From Anaerohalosphaeraceae bacterium (GTDB taxonomy: Bacteria > Planctomycetota > Phycisphaerae > Sedimentisphaerales > Anaerohalosphaeraceae): 64,000 bases of DNA. Both the position numbers and the translations under genes were made by a program. The notes below the pieces were generated by a model that was not told the DNA's origin, did not search any database, and saw only the letters and a program-made list of their open reading frames with translations. Shown here in pieces: positions 20,418 to 30,522 of this stretch. Each line of letters begins with the position of its first letter. Positions within the stretch are counted from its first letter, which is position 1. The stretch covers positions 928,001-992,000 of the forward strand of contig CAXXSL010000016.1 in the NCBI GenBank assembly GCA_963675525.2, read 5' to 3'.

Positions 20418-21037
20418 AACTCTTGATTCCCTTGATTTGCAACTTTCCATTTCTTCATAAAATGCACGACAGCCGTATGAAGCCGGCTTTTTACTGTCCC
20501 TATTGGTATACTGAGGATCTCGGCCATATGTTTGTAAGAAAATTGCTCAAAATACGCTAAAATCAGGATTCCGCGAAGATTTTCCGGCATTTCCGCTATA
20601 ACCTGCCTAACCCGCTGAGCCGTTTCGTCTCTGGAGGCCTCCTGATCCGGTGTGGTGTCATAGGATGTCAGGATATTCACGACCTCATCGATCGAGACAT
20701 CGCCAGCATCCGCAAACGTGCCCATGCTCATGGTGGATTGCCGCTGCATTTTTCGAAGGGCGTCTTTCGCCTTGTTGGCAGCAATCGTGAACAGCCAGGG
20801 TCGAAGCGGTCGGCTGGTGTCAAAACTATCCTGGCTGGTGTAAAGTTGGAGAAACGTTTCCTGGAAAACGTCCTCAACGACTTCCTGTTGATTGATAAAA
20901 CGGCGTAAGAACGCATAAAGCGAGTTTTTGTAACGGGTTACGAGTTCGCGAAAGGCCCATTCGTCGCCTTTTCGAAACTGAATCAGCAGTTCATTGTCTG
21001 ATAGTTCAGGAACAGATTGTGTCGGTTTTTCGTTCAT
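20414..21037 (-). CDS. ECF RNA polymerase sigma factor
   Basis: EDVFQETF, PWLFTIAANKAKD, IPIGTVKSRLH. Confidence 0.92.
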   Translation of the reverse strand: MNEKPTQSVPELSDNELLIQFRKGDEWAFRELVTRYKNSLYAFLRRFINQQEVVEDVFQETFLQLYTSQDSFDTSRPLRPWLFTIAANKAKDALRKMQRQSTMSMGTFADAGDVSIDEVVNILTSYDTTPDQEASRDETAQRVRQVIAEMPENLRGILILAYFEQFSYKHMAEILSIPIGTVKSRLHTAVVHFMKKWKVANQGNQEL

Positions 21038-21243
21038 TATTAATTGTGTTATTATAAGAGCTTAGCAAGACAATTTAAATCCTTAATTTTAAAAAACTCT
21101 ACAAAGCGAACAGTATGTAGGTGGGCAAAGAGAGCAGAGGAAGCATTAGTCAGAAATGCTTCATTCAAAAGGACTTTTAGGAGAAAATTTCCTTGCAAAC
21201 ACAAGAGGTATTTGCTAACTTCCCTCTTTTGACTGAAGTTGCC

Positions 21244-21316
<73 letters not shown>

Positions 21317-21331
21317 TTTTTAACTTCTTTC

Positions 21332-22564
21332 TTAACAGGCAGTTACGTTTCCATCTTTCTGGGATCCACTTTGTAAAACGGCATTTGCACCGATTTGCAC
21401 CAATTTTTTGCACAGCCCTTTCGCCGTGGCGGCCCGTGCCCGCTGCTGCAAATCATCGGTCACTGCCAGATAAAATTGATGCGTGGTCTTAAAATCAGCA
21501 TGGCCGGCCAGGGTCATCACATCGTATTCTTTCAGCCCCTGAGCAAACCAGTTGCGGATCGCCGTTCGCCGAAGATCATGGAATTTCCCGTCCTTGACAT
21601 GGGCCCGTTTCAGGATGGACTTGAACTGCCGGGAAAAATTCTGCAGAATCTTCAGTCGGGAATCGGAGTAGGTCCATTTCCCCTTAGAACGAAGATTCTG
21701 GATCCAGTCATACCGGCATCCCGGGATAAAGATATACGGATACCCTGCTTCCTGGACACTTTGGTGATTGCTGAGCATCGTTGTCAGTTCATCATTGAGC
21801 GGGAGTGTGCGGCGATCGGTGTCCTTGATGAGCCATTTCCAGGTCTCAGGTGTATCCTCTTTAGGGGTCACCTCTACGGACTGACCGTCAAAGTCGATAT
21901 CATCCCACGTGCAGTTCAGCAGTTCGCCCCGCCGCATTCCAGTCGTCAGGGCCGTAACGATCAGCAAATCCCATCGGGGGACCGGTCGGTTGCTCCATTC
22001 AATGACAGAAGCCAAGGCGGCCTTGTAGATCCGCTCGCACTCCTCATCGCTGTAAAGATTCAGCCGGGGCTTTTCCTGCTTGGGAGCCTTGACATACCGT
22101 AGCGGATTTTCATCCAGGGTTCTACGTTTGACACCCAGTTCAAACAGGACATTGATCTCTCGCAGTTTCTTCGCCACCGTCGCCGGGCTATTGCCCCTAT
22201 CTAGACACTGCTGGCGATAGTACTGGCCGTGATCAAAGGTCACCGACCGAATGTCAATATTTCCGATTGTCGTAATCAAATCTTCCATCGCTGATTGGTA
22301 GGACAGCCGGGTGCTTTCCCGGATCTGGTCTCCGGTCTTTTTCAAATTGTCTTTGGCAAACTTCCTCAGACGAATCGATCCCGGTTCCACATAGCCCATC
22401 TGAAGGTCTTTTTCTTTTTCGGCACGCTGTTTTTCGGCCTTACGTCTGTTTGCATGCTTCAGCGTTTCCCATCGCTGCTTTCCGTTTTCCGTATACCGTA
22501 AAACATAGGTAAAACTTTTACCATCACTTGACGCTCTTTTATTGAGCCTTACCAGTTGCTTCAT
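21332..22564 (-). CDS. Tyrosine recombinase/integrase
   Basis: TGMRRGEL, FHDLRR, LAGHAD, TTHQFY; strong RBS. Confidence 0.93.
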   Translation of the reverse strand: MKQLVRLNKRASSDGKSFTYVLRYTENGKQRWETLKHANRRKAEKQRAEKEKDLQMGYVEPGSIRLRKFAKDNLKKTGDQIRESTRLSYQSAMEDLITTIGNIDIRSVTFDHGQYYRQQCLDRGNSPATVAKKLREINVLFELGVKRRTLDENPLRYVKAPKQEKPRLNLYSDEECERIYKAALASVIEWSNRPVPRWDLLIVTALTTGMRRGELLNCTWDDIDFDGQSVEVTPKEDTPETWKWLIKDTDRRTLPLNDELTTMLSNHQSVQEAGYPYIFIPGCRYDWIQNLRSKGKWTYSDSRLKILQNFSRQFKSILKRAHVKDGKFHDLRRTAIRNWFAQGLKEYDVMTLAGHADFKTTHQFYLAVTDDLQQRARAATAKGLCKKLVQIGANAVLQSGSQKDGNVTAC

Positions 22565-22655
22565 AGATTCACCTCCTTTCCGGGCTTCGCAGGCTGGACT
22601 GGCTCATGTAATCTTAGGTCCATTATAGAGGACTCAAGATAAAAGCGCAAGTGAA

Positions 22656-22895
22656 TTATTGGTAAGCTGTTATTTGGCGTTCGATCCATTCTAAAACCGC
22701 CTTTTTCAGATAGAGAGGCCTGTTGCAGATATAAAACCTCGGTAAATCCCGATGCCGTTTGAGGTGTTCAATGACGTTGCAGTAATTCTTGGATTGACTG
22801 ATTTCCGGAATCCGTAGAAACACAATCAGTTCCTTTTCGGTGAGTATCTCTGAAGAATCCCTGAGCTCTTCGGTTTCTTCATCAATTACTGTCAA
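22656..22895 (-). CDS. Excisionase-like HTH protein
   Basis: ILTEKELIVFLRI..LPRF..YLKKAVLEWI; directly upstream of the integrase. Confidence 0.65.
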   Translation of the reverse strand: MTVIDEETEELRDSSEILTEKELIVFLRIPEISQSKNYCNVIEHLKRHRDLPRFYICNRPLYLKKAVLEWIERQITAYQ

Positions 22896-22920
22896 TTCCG
22901 ACGAGATTCAGAGCGACATC

Positions 22921-23970
22921 CTAAAGGGCTCCTCTCTGTGTGCCGATCTTTTCGTGTAGTTTGTGTAAAAAGCAATTGTCCTTATCGCAAAATTGCATCA
23001 AACATGGATTTTTACACCCTGGAAAACTTGGTTTCTGACATCCCGACATGACCGTTCGAGTAATATATTCGGGGTCTTCAATTGGATTACGCGCATCAAT
23101 TTCCTCAATTTGTTCGATGATGCCATCGGGATGCATGCCGATCCAGGAATAGTATCTTGATAATTGATAGTAAAGATTATGCCGGAAGCCCTCAGGAACA
23201 GTTACCTTTTCAATGGACCGAATACAGGGAGGTTTTCGCCATCCGCCTCGAAAGGAATTATTTGTGGGTGATTGCAGTTTTAAATGCTTTTCTTTTCTCT
23301 CTACGGCCAAAATGGCTTTTTCAAACCAGGTTGCCGCGTTTAAATTGACCGCAAGGCTTGCGTACGAATCTTCAGACCTTGGATTTTGAGCCAACTTGAG
23401 AATGCCTTTTATTCCAATATCCCGTAATTCCTCAGAAGTTAGAGGAATTTTATATAACTGGCTGGTGCCGTGCTTCGAATTCGATAGCCGCAAAATCCGC
23501 TTGTGCGTATAAACACTCGAATCCAAATGACCGATGCCAATGGCCTGAGCTTTTTGAGCCATCACCTTCAGCAAGTCGAGTACATGTCCAGAATACCGGG
23601 GGGAAAACACTTCCACTGGTACGGTGACATGGAAACCCTTACGTCCGCTGAAAAAGATTGCCAGGGAGTCATAGGATAGGCCGATTCGGTCGCAAAGCAG
23701 CTCACAAAGCCGGATCGCATCTTCTCTTGCTTTTGCAAGATCATCTTTCGCATCAATGTCGAAATACAAGGGTACAACCGATTTACTGGTGTTGTCTGGT
23801 TTCTCATATCGTGCCACTGAAGCAAAAAGATCAGTATTTTGGTATTTTTTACGCCAGCATTCGATTTTGTCTGCATCTTGGAGAAGCACATATTCCCCAC
23901 GGACCATCTTCTGGCCAGTCAACATGGCCGCCAATTCAATATAACAATATTTATCTGTTGTTTGCTGCAT
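22921..23970 (-). CDS. Archaeo-eukaryotic primase (AEP) with Cys-rich C-terminal domain
   Basis: LYFDID, FSGRKGFHV, DSSVY..RILRL; tail PPC...GC...C..C...C...C. Confidence 0.8.
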   Translation of the reverse strand: MQQTTDKYCYIELAAMLTGQKMVRGEYVLLQDADKIECWRKKYQNTDLFASVARYEKPDNTSKSVVPLYFDIDAKDDLAKAREDAIRLCELLCDRIGLSYDSLAIFFSGRKGFHVTVPVEVFSPRYSGHVLDLLKVMAQKAQAIGIGHLDSSVYTHKRILRLSNSKHGTSQLYKIPLTSEELRDIGIKGILKLAQNPRSEDSYASLAVNLNAATWFEKAILAVERKEKHLKLQSPTNNSFRGGWRKPPCIRSIEKVTVPEGFRHNLYYQLSRYYSWIGMHPDGIIEQIEEIDARNPIEDPEYITRTVMSGCQKPSFPGCKNPCLMQFCDKDNCFLHKLHEKIGTQRGAL

Positions 23971-24068
23971 TAATTAGATTACATTTTCATATGCTCAGCC
24001 TAACCTACTAAGGCTCTAAAGTGGCCGCCATAGCTCGCTTTCTTCAGATGTAAACATACTCGTGCCAA

Positions 24069-24290
24069 TTAGTTATCGTCTCCAAAGATACTTCTGAATG
24101 CAGTTCCAGCCTCAGGTGAAGGATCAAACTCTCTATTGATGACTCGATGAGAGCTCTTATCTTTTCCAAAACCGCCCCATGGTTCGCGTCCTTCTTTCAT
24201 TTCAGGCTCATCTTTGAACTCATCGCTTACCTGATTTCTATTGAGAAAGACATCGTGCAACATATTGAAAAAACCATATTTTTTTGCCAT
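24069..24290 (-). CDS. Small hypothetical protein
   Basis: ORF co-oriented in the operon, with an RBS-like sequence. Confidence 0.5.
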   Translation of the reverse strand: MAKKYGFFNMLHDVFLNRNQVSDEFKDEPEMKEGREPWGGFGKDKSSHRVINREFDPSPEAGTAFRSIFGDDN

Positions 24291-24400
24291 AATAAACCTT
24301 ACCTTTCTATTTTTGGGAAAGAAGATTTTCCCGGTTAAATAATCCTGCAGCATAGCCGCGAATTCGATTCAACAATACTTTTTGATTGATTGCTGCATTC

Positions 24401-24757
24401 TCAAGACCACTTTTTCTTATGTTTAACGCTGTCAGGGTCATCGTCAGCAGACCATTTAATGAACTGATCGCTTGATTTTTTCCGACACTTGCTTAAAAAA
24501 GCCAGCAATCGAAATACTAGGATCGACAGCCCCAGGGCGGCATAGGGAATAAGTATAAAAGGGAACATTTTGTGCTCAGAAGGATTCTCTTTGGAGGGCT
24601 GAAATATCCCAATGACAGCCAAGATTGCGACACAAATGGCCAATATCCATGAAGTGCCTTCTGTCATTTTTAATCCTGACTGAATCGCTCTCTTGCACAC
24701 GACTAAAATAATAATAAATATTGGCACAACAATTACAGTTTCAAGTGAATTCAACAT
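24401..24757 (-). CDS. Small membrane protein
   Basis: Three hydrophobic segments; start chosen just after the upstream stop. Confidence 0.55.
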   Translation of the reverse strand: MLNSLETVIVVPIFIIILVVCKRAIQSGLKMTEGTSWILAICVAILAVIGIFQPSKENPSEHKMFPFILIPYAALGLSILVFRLLAFLSKCRKKSSDQFIKWSADDDPDSVKHKKKWS

Positions 24758-24761
24758 GAGA

Positions 24762-25085
24762 TTAACCCTTTCCGTCATTAAAAATTGAATTTGCTTGTTC
24801 ATTCTTCGCCGTTTTATTGTTATCCGATTTTTTGAATTCAGTTTCTGCTCTTCCAAAGACAATCATGAACGCTACAAGAACTGACAGGACGATAATTTCA
24901 AATATGTATTCTGAAAACCAGATCCCAAAGACCTTATTGTAAAAGCAAAGTAAATTACACAAAACACTTATGCTCAGAACCAATGAATTTATGAAGCTAA
25001 GCTCTAAAGTATATTTGAGCCAATTAAAGATTGCGATTCCGAGCACTGCGAAGAGAATCGCTTGAGCAATACTATTTGTCTCCAT
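24762..25085 (-). CDS. Small membrane protein
   Basis: Three hydrophobic segments; start METNS. Confidence 0.55.
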   Translation of the reverse strand: METNSIAQAILFAVLGIAIFNWLKYTLELSFINSLVLSISVLCNLLCFYNKVFGIWFSEYIFEIIVLSVLVAFMIVFGRAETEFKKSDNNKTAKNEQANSIFNDGKG

Positions 25086-25117
25086 GATCAAAAAACCTTT
25101 CACTTGAGATGTTCTGC

Positions 25118-25405
25118 TTAAGATATAAAACCGATAATTAAAATGCGTAAAATCCAAAGCGAAATTAACAATAGAATTAATAGTGCCGTATCGTTGAAGT
25201 GTCTCGAGCAAAACCGTGAGATCAAACACCGAAACACATTTAAAGCTTTCATCAAGAAGGGTTCCAGGAGTTCGGTTATTTGCTTAAAGACAGGATGCTT
25301 CCATCTGGCGTAAATAAAATTTAATAGTATCATCAGCATCAATATATCTATCGCAACAAATGTTAGATGAATCACGCTCATGACCAGGTTGTAAATTAAG
25401 CCCAT
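25118..25405 (-). CDS. YggT-like small membrane protein
   Basis: TM, then W.HP....TELLEPFL, then TM; AAGGAG RBS. Confidence 0.5.
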   Translation of the reverse strand: MGLIYNLVMSVIHLTFVAIDILMLMILLNFIYARWKHPVFKQITELLEPFLMKALNVFRCLISRFCSRHFNDTALLILLLISLWILRILIIGFIS

Positions 25406-25417
25406 GAGATTTTCTCC

Positions 25418-25876
25418 TTACTCTGCGTTATTATCCTTTTCTGGGTCATCTGTGAACTCAGAAATTACTTCCTTTTCTGGCAGTTCAATTGGTTCTGGGC
25501 TGACAAGATTGTATAATGATAGATTTCCTAAGATCCCTGTAACGCTGAAAATTAACTCTATTAGTTCACCGTTAACTTCCAGAAAAAGGCCGGGGAAGAT
25601 TTGTTTCCACCCTTCGATATAACTTGATGATCCGATGAAATGATCAGATATTCCCGCATCCGGCCGTACGGAAGCGTCTTGAGGGATTAATATCATAGGA
25701 TCACTTGATGTGGTTTCAAACTTAATCATTATATCTGCCTCCGGCATGGTAAACCGAGGGTCAAGCCTGAGCTTTTCAACAATAAACCACAGTCCTTCGG
25801 AGCTTCCTCTGATGTTTACATTTCTTTTGTGAGCAGTTGTTAATAAATCTTCAATGGATTGCTTCAGATTCGACAT
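25418..25876 (-). CDS. Divergent E2/UBC-like protein (probably inactive)
   Basis: WFIVEKLRLDPRFTMPEADIMIKF aligns by eye with VWIERFNLPPGYSQPTSSLLITLP of 27316-27741; contains no Cys. Confidence 0.45.
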   Translation of the reverse strand: MSNLKQSIEDLLTTAHKRNVNIRGSSEGLWFIVEKLRLDPRFTMPEADIMIKFETTSSDPMILIPQDASVRPDAGISDHFIGSSSYIEGWKQIFPGLFLEVNGELIELIFSVTGILGNLSLYNLVSPEPIELPEKEVISEFTDDPEKDNNAE

Positions 25877-25888
25877 AATCATTCTCCT

Positions 25889-27304
25889 TTACACTTGAGT
25901 TAATTGTTCTGAAACGAGATAATCCGGCAACAAGACTCCGCTGTCACCGGAGGCCAATAAGCTGTCTTCACTACAGCTAAAACAGTCAGGATTTTTAGGG
26001 AAATCAACAGGTAACGTAACAGATTTCATGAAATCGTAGAAAACATATCGTGATAAAGGTTTACACCCTGTCACATGCCCCATGAACTCGGTAACAGCCA
26101 GATTGGCAATGACACCATTGAGTGGGGCGACTGCCGGGGCATGTTCATCCTCTCCTGCAATATATCCCCGCTGGATCACAAATTGTCTTTGTTCTTCAGG
26201 TAATTGTTCCATCTGGGCAACATCCATATCGATACCGTTAATACATCGAAGACAACCACATCCGGGAATGACGGTTCTAACTTGTCCACCGGCATGTTCG
26301 ATTGATTGACCTTCGCCAGACTGAATTCCGGTCCCAGTGTCGATAAACGGTATCAGATGTTTAACAGAAAAACTGTTTAAGAAATCCCGGGGTGATTCAG
26401 CATCAAATCCACCAAAAGCGTAATCACAGGATTTTAATGCAAATACCGCTTTTTCGGAAAAGATGCTATCGGCTATGAGTCCTACCCTGATGTCCGGATT
26501 AATTTGCAGACCATACTTAGCCAGCATTTCAACTTTCAGAGAACCTTTTTCGACATCTGCAAGTCTGCTCCCGGCCAACCGGTTTAAATTTGAGATTTCC
26601 ACGACATCGTGATCAATTAAAACAAAATCCTTAACGCCGAGGCGTACCAACAAGACAAATATCAATGAACCAATTCCGCCGCAACCGGCAATTGCCACTT
26701 TTATTTGTTGAATAAGTTTTTGCCCACTTTCTCCAAAAGCTAATACCTGACGGTGATGAACTTCTCTTGCAGCAATCTCTTGATATAAATGGTTCGACGA
26801 TGTTGGTTTCAGAATCTCGATCCCTGATTCACCGATAACCTTGATTATACTGACCGGCTTGATTTGCCCGGTATTAGAATCGTACCATCGAGCATCTATG
26901 CTCTTTCTGCCAAGGACAATACTCGCATGAGGACCATCACCTAATATTTCCACTTCTCTTGGAAAGCTTTCCATTTCACTTCGGTCGTCAATGCCGGAAA
27001 ACCTAACGCCATAATCAGCAAAGGGATGGGTGTGAAGTGTAATAATTTCACTTTGAGAGTCTCTTGCACCCGTATAGACAAACTGAACAAATCTTGGGTC
27101 CGGAGCGACACTGACACCGGATTGATTAATGAGACAGGATTCATCCGCATGGAAGAACTTCCGACATAACAAATTGCATCCGTCGGCATATTTACTTGTT
27201 CCTGCCAGAATAAAACCAAATTGCTCGTGATTGTTATTAGGAGGAAATAGTTTCCTCTGTACTTGTCGAGATATATGTTGAGGTATAATAATTTTAACAT
27301 CCAC
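25889..27304 (-). CDS. JAB/MPN peptidase-ThiF/E1 adenylyltransferase fusion
   Basis: JAB: EQFGF..HTHP..FSGID. E1: RQ, GCGGIGS, DHDVVEISNLNRL, CLRC and CFSC zinc ligands. Confidence 0.9.
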   Translation of the reverse strand: MDVKIIIPQHISRQVQRKLFPPNNNHEQFGFILAGTSKYADGCNLLCRKFFHADESCLINQSGVSVAPDPRFVQFVYTGARDSQSEIITLHTHPFADYGVRFSGIDDRSEMESFPREVEILGDGPHASIVLGRKSIDARWYDSNTGQIKPVSIIKVIGESGIEILKPTSSNHLYQEIAAREVHHRQVLAFGESGQKLIQQIKVAIAGCGGIGSLIFVLLVRLGVKDFVLIDHDVVEISNLNRLAGSRLADVEKGSLKVEMLAKYGLQINPDIRVGLIADSIFSEKAVFALKSCDYAFGGFDAESPRDFLNSFSVKHLIPFIDTGTGIQSGEGQSIEHAGGQVRTVIPGCGCLRCINGIDMDVAQMEQLPEEQRQFVIQRGYIAGEDEHAPAVAPLNGVIANLAVTEFMGHVTGCKPLSRYVFYDFMKSVTLPVDFPKNPDCFSCSEDSLLASGDSGVLLPDYLVSEQLTQV

Positions 27305-27315
27305 AAAACACCTCC

Positions 27316-27741
27316 TTAATGGTCACTTTTTAGTGCGTGATACAAAGCATCGATGGCACTGAGAAGATTGTCCCCGCGGATTATGCTCCTAATATTTGCT
27401 TTCCACGATTTAAAATGGATCGAGTACCAGGCGTATCCCGCTTCTCTGATGTTTACATCCCCATATTCGTGTTCAAAATAATGACCCGGCCGGCATCCAT
27501 TTTTTTTCAAACCTTTTTCAATATACATGGCTTCCACGGGTGCTTCCGGATATCTTTTGGGCAATGTAATCAATAGACTCGATGTTGGCTGACTGTAGCC
27601 TGGCGGCAGATTGAATCTTTCTATCCATACGGTTCTCTCGTCAAATCCATCCGGAGGGAATTCGACCGGGCCAAAATGGCTTGATACCAAATTGACTTCC
27701 GCCAAAACCCTTTCTGGGTATTTTAATATACTCATTGTCAC
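27316..27741 (-). CDS. Prokaryotic E2/UBC protein (E2 family E-like)
   Basis: LPPGY, LLITLPKRYPEAP, GYAWYSIH..W..DNLLS; adjacent to JAB-E1. Confidence 0.8.
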   Translation of the reverse strand: MTMSILKYPERVLAEVNLVSSHFGPVEFPPDGFDERTVWIERFNLPPGYSQPTSSLLITLPKRYPEAPVEAMYIEKGLKKNGCRPGHYFEHEYGDVNIREAGYAWYSIHFKSWKANIRSIIRGDNLLSAIDALYHALKSDH

Positions 27742-27752
27742 TTCCTTTCTAA

Positions 27753-27780
27753 AGTCGAGGGCGATAATCTGCCCTCGACT
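27753..27780 (-). promoter_or_regulatory. Intergenic hairpin between modifier and E2 genes
   Basis: AGTCGAGGGC-8nt-GCCCTCGACT perfect 10-bp stem with only a short U-run. Confidence 0.55.
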
Positions 27781-27796
27781 ATGGTAAGATTATCAA

Positions 27797-27991
27797 TCAT
27801 TGACCTTTGTTATAGACAGGCAGTTTCCCCGCCGGCACAACATTTTCCTGGCTGTTCATGTGGGCCAGAATGTTGTCCATAAAACTCGGTTTATGTGTCG
27901 GGAAATGGGTTCTTTCAGCGGGAGTTGAATCGACAACAGTGGTGTTAATAGGCCTGTCCGCAACTGTACCTTGATAATTATTGATTCGCAT
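27797..27991 (-). CDS. Candidate conjugatable modifier protein (Ubl slot)
   Basis: 64 aa, AGGAG RBS, ends LPVYNKGQ*; first gene before E2 and JAB-E1. Confidence 0.6.
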   Translation of the reverse strand: MRINNYQGTVADRPINTTVVDSTPAERTHFPTHKPSFMDNILAHMNSQENVVPAGKLPVYNKGQ

Positions 27992-28087
27992 CTCTACATC
28001 TCCTAAATTTCAAATATTGTTTGATTAATCGATAGCTATAACTTTTTCGTTGGCAACGAAAAACCTGCTATTACATCATGGATTCTT

Positions 28088-28339
28088 TTATTTAGTCCAT
28101 TTGTCATCACCCCCTTTGGGTTTCATTAAGATCCTAAATACTGCCATAAACAGCATAAGAAAAAAGGCTGACAATAATGCGAATCGAAGTCCTTGCGGCA
28201 GCGCCCAAACGTAGTCATAGGCATCATTGATTAGGTCGTAAGACTCTTCATTAACTAGGATCCAGACGTGCTTTAATTGCAATAACACGAATGCTGCCAA
28301 TACTATCAATGCGATTTTTTTCCAGTTGACAGGGTTCAT
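28088..28339 (-). CDS. Small two-TM protein
   Basis: Two hydrophobic helices; ATGA overlap with the upstream ORF. Confidence 0.6.
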   Translation of the reverse strand: MNPVNWKKIALIVLAAFVLLQLKHVWILVNEESYDLINDAYDYVWALPQGLRFALLSAFFLMLFMAVFRILMKPKGGDDKWTK

Positions 28340-30519
28340 TTTTTACCTCCGCTTCGTTTTCTTTTTAATAGGTCGCTTAGCAGCATAAAATCGATTTTAG
28401 ATAGTAATTCAAGAGGAAGCCCTCCTTTTAAAACAGTGCTTTTTACAGCTTTCAACAGGTCTGTATCTTTACATAAAAAAACTATTTTTGAGAATCCGGT
28501 CTGACTATACTTGATACAATTTTGAAGAATATTGCTTGCTGAACGGGTCAATTCATATGAAACCATAGTTCCATTCTCATCTTGTGTAACAATGTCTGAA
28601 GTATGACCGACTGTGCCTATTTTATATTCAAGAGTGATAGATTTAATTTTGGAATCCGCCTTTAATGTTAACCCTGCAATATGCATGTAAAAGCTGTGTT
28701 CGAGGAACTCTATGTTTTTGTAAGGACATAATAATCCAAACGCTTCAAAGACTTCTGAACGGGGAATGAGGTATTTTTTCTTCCCGCAATTCGATTCGAT
28801 TACCAATCCAAGTGTGATTAGCTCATGCTTAGCGTTATTACCCGCTCGTGCTGAAAAACCGAGGACTTCGTTTCTTTCACGAACAGATAGTTTTAGTTCG
28901 AGCACAGTATTGTACAGGAGCTTTTTACCGTTATCGCTAATATTGGAAAGGATGGTATTACAGCCAAGGTTATCTTTATTTTCATTATGTTCTGACCGGA
29001 CTTCGGCTTTTTTAACATTATTAGATTGGTTTTTTGATGCTGCCGGTGACGCAGGCATAGAATCACCCTTGACCTTTGGCAAATCAGTCAATGGATGCCA
29101 CTTTTGATAATTGAATTGTGCAATGCAAGATTTATCCATTGAATTGACCCTCGGCGATAGAAGGAACATCTGGGATTAAGCCGTGCACCGGCCGGTGATA
29201 TAACCCAGGAAAATACGCAACACATTCCTTGGTTTTCATTTTTCCAATATAGTCCGCTTGTTCTCGTGTCAGATTCATGGCAGCCATGACTTCGTTGTAG
29301 TTTTGGGTGTCCCGCAGGCCGCCTACAATTATCCAGTTGGTACAAAGCTGCTTAACGTCATCATAAATGGGTTGAACCAATTGGTCGGCGAAGATTAGAC
29401 CGGTTCCCGACCCCCTCAATTTAGACAAAATATGCCCCCAATAACTTGTTTTGGGGGCCGAACCGAAAGCATTATCAGGACGATTGATAAATGCACTGCT
29501 GTCGTCAATAAAAACCAGCCGCGTAAGACTGGCATACTCCAAACAGTGATATGAAGCCTGCAATAAATAATTTAATAGATAAAAAGCCAGAAATCGGCAT
29601 TGAATCATACTTAAATAGCAGCACTCAATGATATATCGTCCAGTTAAAATGTCCTGTAATGGAAGCCCTTTTCGTGTGGAAAACATATCATTGAAACCCA
29701 TAATCAACTTAAGTGCAGTCTTGCAGCTTAAAATATAGTCCCGCTTGAAATCTGTAAGCGTAACAAAGTCCAATGCATGATATACATCCATCAAAGAAAG
29801 GGATGTATCTCCTTGTGTTTTTTCGATATATATTTCTCGCTGTTGGAGGGCAATTCTGGCAGCCTCGATGAATGGCACAACACCATACTGAAGCCCTGTA
29901 ATCATTGCCAAACCATCCAAAACAGAAAATATCCAATCGTACCAGGGAATGCCATGAGGAGGCTCCAGGTCGATATAAAAAGGCGGGGAGATCACCTTAG
30001 CGTTCAATCTGACGGCTCTGTACCGCCAGATGTTCTTGATGTCCAAGATTAAAATAGGCAGCAACATCATTTGTGATAACCAGTAAAAGATTGCCGAGGA
30101 TTTCCCTCCCTTAGGCCGGCCAAGGACTAACGTGTTAAGCTGAAACTCATCAATACTGGGTTTCATCTGGATAATATTTTCGCTTGTATCTGGTCGCATA
30201 TATGAATACCCTGGTTATTCATTGAGATTTGTTCAACGGTTGCATATGGCATGAATGGATCGTCTGACTCTGCATATGAAACTTTGTATCTTTCAATCAT
30301 ACTACGCAGTTGCACAACTGCTCGCTGGCTGCCTATTGCAGTACCTCTCTTTGCGATTCTGTACAACTTTTGGACTTCATGGGTTTCCCATATATTAATT
30401 GCTATTAAGTCTACTTTTAGCTGCTCCAATTCGGGATCATATCGCATAGACTTAAAGCGGGATGCCCGACCATTAGGATCGGGGTTCTGAAAGTTATATT
30501 GTTCTTGAAAGATTACCAT
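28336..30519 (-). pseudogene. HerA/FtsK-like ATPase-wHTH-nuclease-like gene split by two frameshifts
   Basis: Three overlapping ORFs (30163-30519, 29132-30199, 28336-29169) are colinear with 41249-43243; Walker A GRPKGGKS, Walker B VFIDD. Confidence 0.7.
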
Positions 30520-30522
30520 ATA

